From: Minutocellus sp. GHC0000111
Lineage: Eukaryota
Assembly: GCA_977018835.1 (NCBI GenBank)
Contig: OZ361257.1
Location: forward strand, 1,674,001 to 1,738,000
Direction: 5' to 3'
Length of the DNA: 64,000 nucleotides
This document shows, in pieces, positions 58,694 through 64,000 of the stretch. A program made the position numbers and the translations under genes. Below the pieces are notes generated by a model, which was not told where the DNA came from, did not search any database, and saw only the letters and a list, made by a program, of their open reading frames with translations. Positions within the stretch are counted from its first letter, which is position 1; the number at the start of each line of letters is the position of its first letter.

Positions 58694-59170
58694 TCAGCCA
58701 ATTGATAAGCAACCACACAACATCGCATCCAGAAAAGCACTTCCCCAACAACACTCGTCCTCTGCCACGAATGCATCGACGGTGATCTCCACGCGGCTAT
58801 GAGGTGTGTGTCCCTGCGGCGATGCCACCAAACACGTACGAGCCGGCAACCTCCCCTCCAAATCCATCCACGAATCCCACGCGTCGTTCGCATCGTCCAC
58901 ATCTTCTGGATCGTGAACAAATACCCACGCCCTCACCAGATCAGCTTTCGTAGCGTTATTTTCACCCAACAAACGATCAATCCGAGACAGTATGGTGGCA
59001 GTCTGCTCCCGGCAGCTCATCTGGGACAGGTCATTCTCGGGTTCGTCCGAGCCGGGCATAGGTGCGGCGGTCTGACCGGCTAGGTGGATTGTGGTGCCTC
59101 GGCCGGAGGTGGTGACAACTTGGGCATACCGATCGCCCCATCCCTTCTTGGAGGGGCGGGTAACTGACAT
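58694..59170 (-). CDS. RidA/YjgF/UK114 family protein (YoaB/Rid2-like)
   Basis: IHLAGQ, QTATILSRIDRLL, ANDAWDSWM, PARTC and RVEITVDA motifs. Confidence 0.85.
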   Translation of the reverse strand: MSVTRPSKKGWGDRYAQVVTTSGRGTTIHLAGQTAAPMPGSDEPENDLSQMSCREQTATILSRIDRLLGENNATKADLVRAWVFVHDPEDVDDANDAWDSWMDLEGRLPARTCLVASPQGHTPHSRVEITVDAFVAEDECCWGSAFLDAMLCGCLSIG

Positions 59171-59362
59171 TATGATTGGGCAATGGCAATGAGAGCTATT
59201 ATTATCCGGCAAGTTCATGTGCCGCAAATGTAGCAAAGAACAATGAACCGAGACGACGCATGATATGCGAAAACAGAAAAGGGAGAGGAGAAAAAGAAGA
59301 AATCTGGGGGGAGGCAGCTGCTGAGCTGGTCGGCCCATTTTCTCCGAAAATATACCTCAACC

Positions 59363-60430
59363 ATGATGAAGATACTGCCGCTTTTGCTCCTCGGCGCCGT
59401 CGGTGTCGGTGCCTTTGCGCCTGCCTCGCGACGTGCTGCATCCCCGCACGCCCTTCGCATGTCCTCCACGGTCGAAGAGGATACTGCCGTCGGCGCCGAT
59501 TCCTTCCTCCAAGATGACGACGAATCTGATCTCACCTCCAAGGGACTGCTCAAGCGCGATCGGTACGTGGCGACGAACCGCTTCGCCGTCCGACCGGGCA
59601 AGGAGGCCAAGTTCGAGAAGCGCTGGGCCACCCGCAAGAGCCGTCTGGCCAGTTTGGACGGATTCAGGTACTTTCACCTCATGCGCCGCGTCACCCTCAA
59701 CGACGACGGAAGCAGCACGTATGATGGCGGCGACAAGAAGGACGAAACCAACATGGGCAACTACGTGTCCTTCACCGTTTGGGAGAAGAAGTCGCACTTC
59801 TCGGCGTGGCGCAAGGGCGATGCCTTCAAGGAGGCTCACGGCGGCACGTCGATCGGGGCCTTTCTGTCGACCATGGTCAATTCGGCGCTGGTCCTTCAGG
59901 GCCCGCCCCGACCGGCGTTCTATGACGGTCTGCTGATGCAAAGTACCAAGCCCGAATCCATCCCCGAGACTGTTGACGGATGGCGCAACGTGGCGGCCGA
60001 TGGTATCAATGTGCTGCCCGCCGAGTGCTTTGTTGCCTGCAATCAGTTCTATGTTCCTGCTGAGAATGCCGCCTCTTTCGAGCAGCGATGGGCCAAGCGC
60101 GAGTCAAAGCTGAAAGAATGCGATGGCTTTGTCGCCTTTAGTATGCTCCGTCGTGACGGACAGGCCAAGGGCCACGGCACCAGTCCCATGACTCCCGACG
60201 AAGCAACGTATCAGTCCACCACCATTTGGCGGGACCGGGCGGCATTTGATGCCTGGAGAAAAGGCAACAACTTCAGACAGGCTCATGGACAAAAGGCCGA
60301 GGGTGAGAAGAAGGAGTCGGAGGAGGCGAAGAAGCCCGAGGGCCAGGGTCCTCCCCCTCAGTGGAGCAAGCCACCCACCCCCGTATTCTATGAGGGCACT
60401 CTGGTGATTACTGGCGAGGAGGGTGCTTAG
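59363..60430 (+). CDS. Plastid-targeted tandem ABM-domain protein, IsdG/HmoA-like heme-degrading monooxygenase
   Basis: Presequence ...GAVGVGA-FAP. Two domains, each with N(R/Q)FxV...FExRWAxRxSxL...DGF...W...FxAWRKGxxFxxAHG. Confidence 0.85.
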   Translation: MMKILPLLLLGAVGVGAFAPASRRAASPHALRMSSTVEEDTAVGADSFLQDDDESDLTSKGLLKRDRYVATNRFAVRPGKEAKFEKRWATRKSRLASLDGFRYFHLMRRVTLNDDGSSTYDGGDKKDETNMGNYVSFTVWEKKSHFSAWRKGDAFKEAHGGTSIGAFLSTMVNSALVLQGPPRPAFYDGLLMQSTKPESIPETVDGWRNVAADGINVLPAECFVACNQFYVPAENAASFEQRWAKRESKLKECDGFVAFSMLRRDGQAKGHGTSPMTPDEATYQSTTIWRDRAAFDAWRKGNNFRQAHGQKAEGEKKESEEAKKPEGQGPPPQWSKPPTPVFYEGTLVITGEEGA

Positions 60431-60708
60431 ATGGGCGCATTGTCTATACTATGAACAGTAGTCTTCTTGTGCCGCGAAGTAAAAGTAATACTTCATTTTT
60501 CATTTTATTAGCATCTACCTGTCTATATAAGTCTCTTTTGTATCGATCGTTTCTTTCATCTATCCACTTTGAATTGTAACATCATTTCATTTCCGCATTT
60601 CTTTGCACATCAAATTATTTGTACTTCTTCCACTAATTGCAATCAATATTTCTCGAAAAGTCGGGGATCCTGGTACAGGGGTCAAATCGCACTGCTTGGG
60701 ATCTTGAT

Positions 60709-61395
60709 TTAGATGTGGCCGTAGGCTGTGCCAAGGACGGCAAAGGCGATCATCATGGAAGCGGTGGTGGTGATGAGAGAAGCCCTGGCGCCATCCAGAG
60801 GCACGGTGGCGTCGCCTCCGTCGGCAGCACGAGGTTCGGGCTGGTTGTCCTCGAGGCAATCGCCACCGTCATAACCGCATTCGGGAGTATTGAGGATGTC
60901 GTTGCAGTATCCATTGCCGATCCAATACTGGCGATGAGCGTACTGGACCTGGCAGTCGGGATACTCGTCCTCGTCTCCGTCTCCGGCGGCACGAGGTTCA
61001 AGTGGGGGGTTGGCCTCGTTGAGCTCGACGCAGTCCCCTCCATCCCAGCCACACTCGGCTGTGTTCAGGATGGGATTGCAATTACCGTTTCCAATCCAGC
61101 GACGACGATTGGCGTAGTTAACGGGGCAGTCTGGATACTCATCCTCGTCTTCGTCGTCTCCTCCGCCGGCGTCTCGGCCACCGGGGACGGGCCACCCGGG
61201 AGGAGGATTCGTCTCGTTAGCCTCGAGACAGTCACCGCCGTCCCAGCCACAGGCCTCCGTGTTATACTGTTGGTTGCAGAAGCCGTTGCCGATCCAAGTG
61301 CGGCGGTACACATACTCGACGTTGCAATCCGGATACTCCTCGATGGTCCATCCGAACGCAATGATGGGGAGCGCTGAAATGATGAGGAACTTCAT
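60709..61395 (-). CDS. Cell-surface protein with three LNR (Lin-12/Notch)-like repeats, signal peptide and GPI-like hydrophobic tail
   Basis: Three copies of EYPDC...WIGNGxCN...NTxxCG(W/Y)DGGDC. N-terminus MKFLIISALPIIAFG and a hydrophobic C-terminus. Confidence 0.88.
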   Translation of the reverse strand: MKFLIISALPIIAFGWTIEEYPDCNVEYVYRRTWIGNGFCNQQYNTEACGWDGGDCLEANETNPPPGWPVPGGRDAGGGDDEDEDEYPDCPVNYANRRRWIGNGNCNPILNTAECGWDGGDCVELNEANPPLEPRAAGDGDEDEYPDCQVQYAHRQYWIGNGYCNDILNTPECGYDGGDCLEDNQPEPRAADGGDATVPLDGARASLITTTASMMIAFAVLGTAYGHI

Positions 61396-62458
61396 ACTAT
61401 AGCGATATGCTTGCAAGTTACTTGGAGATCAGTGTTGGAATGACGTTGAGATGTTTGCAGTCCTGATATTCCTTGATGGTTGCAATAATATTCTTCGATT
61501 GCTTGCTTGGATTCGCTTCGTTCTGATTGATTCGATTTTTTTGTGAGAGCTTATCTGCCAAAATTCAAAAAAGTTGCCTTGCTTCCAGCACGTACTCAAT
61601 CGTGGCTTCGCATTGCATTTGGGTGGATAAATTCAATCTCTTTGAAGGGCTTCGCATGGAGGCTCTTATGGATGCGGACGGTGAAAAAAATCCAGCATCT
61701 GTCAGAATCAAGGTTTTCGGTCTCACCCGCAACACAACAATGGCTCGGCCGCCATCACATGCAACGATGCATGACAATGCTACTTTGGTCATAAAAGACG
61801 GCTGATCGCGATGGTGGCTCGACTCTCCTGCATCTATTCTCCTCAAGCGTCCATACGCATGACTCTTGACTAAAAAAGGTTGGCTGTGGTCGGAAGTTGT
61901 CGATCGCCATGCCAGATTTTCATTTGCACTTTCTCGCACTGACCGCTGACAATGCGCCACACCTCACGCACAGGGAGACCATATATCCAGTAAATGACAA
62001 AGGCTTCAAACTAACGAGCTGAAGTGGTCTACAGCCAATTGGTTTCGGGTTCATCCCATGCGAAGCCGACGGTCGGTGGCGGACGGATGCCAGACCAAAA
62101 CGATTGCTGCGCTGTCGCCTTTTATTATTATCTTTGCATCGCGACGAAGCTGGAAAGATACGCGACTTTTTCTCTCTCTCACACACACAAGTGAAGAGCA
62201 CGCAAATGATACTTCTTCGCTGTGCCAATTACTCGATAATAGCCGCTTGGTGCTAGATCTAGGTCAGTGCCAAATTGGAAATGTGGACGGGAGACAAAAC
62301 TGGGGCGTCACTTTTTTACTCCCCCGCCCGCACAATTGCCCCCGCAATGTCATTTCCAGCACAACTCGCGATGCATGCTTTTTCGTGCCACAAAATTGAG
62401 GAGCCGCTCTCTGTGACGGCTTGCCTGTCCCCTGCCCAATCCTCCACCACCACACACC

Positions 62459-64000
62459 ATGCCTCGGCGGCCACGGTCCGAGTCCGGTGCTGGAGGGAGC
62501 GCCCCGGCGGTGCCGGGATATCTGGCCTCGACCGCCTCGTCTCGCACGAGAAGCGACATGAATGGTAGTCCCAACAAGAGTGACGAAAACTCGTCGCCAA
62601 GCAGGAACACCACCGGCGCCCGTGGCGGTACCGCCAGCAACCACTTCTTAGGCGATGGCACCTCTAACCCCTGCCACGATGCAAGCGCAGCATCCCCACC
62701 CAAAATGAAACGAAAGGAATCGTTTCTGCGAAAGAGTGTAAAAGGAGTAGCATCCCACGTATCTCGGGCTGGCGGCGGTGGTGGCGGCGGCGGCGGCGGG
62801 ACTGCTGCAAATACAAGCAGAGGTGCAGGAACAAACACGAATACGAACAAACAGGGCACCAAAGCGTTTGGTCAGCGAACGCAGGCCTCGGCGGGCATAC
62901 GGAGACGTTTTCAGAGGGGAACGGCCGCTGCCCGCAAGAAGATGCCCCTCAAGACCCCGCCGCGTCCTCCCAGCAAGACCGGCGAACAGCGCCAGCAGCA
63001 GCAGCAGAAGCCGGCGGGATCTCCAACGCTGACGGCCTCTCCTGGCCCATACGACGATGATGACGACGATGATCTAACCCTCATGACCAGCCTGACCTCC
63101 GACCTCAGCCTTTCCATGTCCATGTCCTCGCCAGATCGATCTGCATCGCCGGCACCCCAAATGTCGGTCACCAACCGACGCATCGAACGGGCCGCGGCGG
63201 CTCTGGATGCTGCCGGACACAAGCATTTGGAGGAGGGCCGTGTCGCCGATGCGTTGGAGAGCTACCGGCGGGCCTTGAAGTTGAAACGCCGACTGCTCAA
63301 TGATACCGGCGCTGGGAGCGGTGGTCAAGGTGGCATGTCACCCATTGCCCAAGGAGAAGAGGCGATGCTGGGCACCACCACCACATCGTCGGCGTCGGCA
63401 AGCAATCCAAAGAAGACTGGGACAGATGATGGGAGCGTTAGCACTTGCACCAGCAGTGGACATGATCCACATCGAGAAGCACTGTTGGCCTCAGTCGCCA
63501 CATCAGTCAATAATGTTTGTTATGCAAGACAGATGATGGGTTTGGCCAGTCCCGACGAGGCCCTGACCGCATATCAGTCGTCTCTGGAATTGAAGCGCAA
63601 GGTTCGGGCGGAGAAGGTCGGTCAAATGGGATCGGAAAGTGATACTGCTCAAGCATCACTGAAAAATGAATCTGGTCAGAACAAACCAGTATACAAAAAG
63701 AAGGATGAACTAAATGATCAGGAACAGCACGATTTGTCGGTAGCCAAGAGGCTGAATAATATTGGTACGGTCCATCTGTCCACGGGCAACTATCCCTCCG
63801 CCCTATCTTCCTTCCGTGAATCTTGTGGTCAAATGCTGTCCATCCTGGGACCCGATCATATCGACGTATCGACCGTCCATAGCAATGCCGGGGATGCACT
63901 GCTGGGGATGAAGCGATATGGGGAGGCCACCGAGGAGTATGGCCGGGCGCTGAAAATTCGCTCGGCACGAAGTGGGATGGACCATCGCAAGTCGCAGCGA
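62459..64000 (+). CDS. TPR protein (kinesin light chain-like repeats), truncated by window end
   Basis: Open frame from ATG 62459 to 64000, absent from the ORF track because it has no stop. ALESYRRALKLKR, VAKRLNNIGTVH and LGPDHIDVSTVHSNAG motifs. Confidence 0.85.
   Translation, partial: MPRRPRSESGAGGSAPAVPGYLASTASSRTRSDMNGSPNKSDENSSPSRNTTGARGGTASNHFLGDGTSNPCHDASAASPPKMKRKESFLRKSVKGVASHVSRAGGGGGGGGGGTAANTSRGAGTNTNTNKQGTKAFGQRTQASAGIRRRFQRGTAAARKKMPLKTPPRPPSKTGEQRQQQQQKPAGSPTLTASPGPYDDDDDDDLTLMTSLTSDLSLSMSMSSPDRSASPAPQMSVTNRRIERAAAALDAAGHKHLEEGRVADALESYRRALKLKRRLLNDTGAGSGGQGGMSPIAQGEEAMLGTTTTSSASASNPKKTGTDDGSVSTCTSSGHDPHREALLASVATSVNNVCYARQMMGLASPDEALTAYQSSLELKRKVRAEKVGQMGSESDTAQASLKNESGQNKPVYKKKDELNDQEQHDLSVAKRLNNIGTVHLSTGNYPSALSSFRESCGQMLSILGPDHIDVSTVHSNAGDALLGMKRYGEATEEYGRALKIRSARSGMDHRKSQR

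Noticed and set aside
1..64000. tRNA, rRNA or other structured RNA genes
   Set aside because: None recognised by eye. A covariance-model scan would be needed to exclude them.

Overview
Gene-dense eukaryotic nuclear DNA, most likely from a diatom or a close ochrophyte. The evidence is short GT-AG introns, several bipartite signal+transit presequences with an A-F cleavage motif, and diatom-type gene families. About 33 host genes lie mostly in tight divergent or convergent pairs. They include a Ulp1/SENP protease, two histidine phosphatases, DnaJ, GNAT, SDR, MoaC, GT90, MAPR/cyt-b5, zf-MYND, an amino-acid transporter, a giant coiled-coil protein, a formate/nitrite transporter, patatin, RidA, and LNR and TPR proteins. 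There are two mobile elements: an apparently complete 2.3-kb Tc1/mariner element (29-bp TIRs, TA duplication, DD38D triad) and a deleted non-LTR retrotransposon remnant read in frame into a host RING-like gene. The most notable observations are (1) a WDR6/Trm734-like propeller whose last blade runs in frame into a complete sirtuin domain, (2) a T4 NrdC.11-like (phage/bacterial pol-beta family) nucleotidyltransferase with a plastid-type presequence, (3) a plastid-targeted tandem IsdG-like heme monooxygenase, and (4) an in-frame TGA at a conserved Trp position. At least 8 frameshifts, mostly in homopolymers, suggest an unpolished assembly, so gene models spanning them are provisional. All family assignments come from motif recognition by eye; no searches were run.
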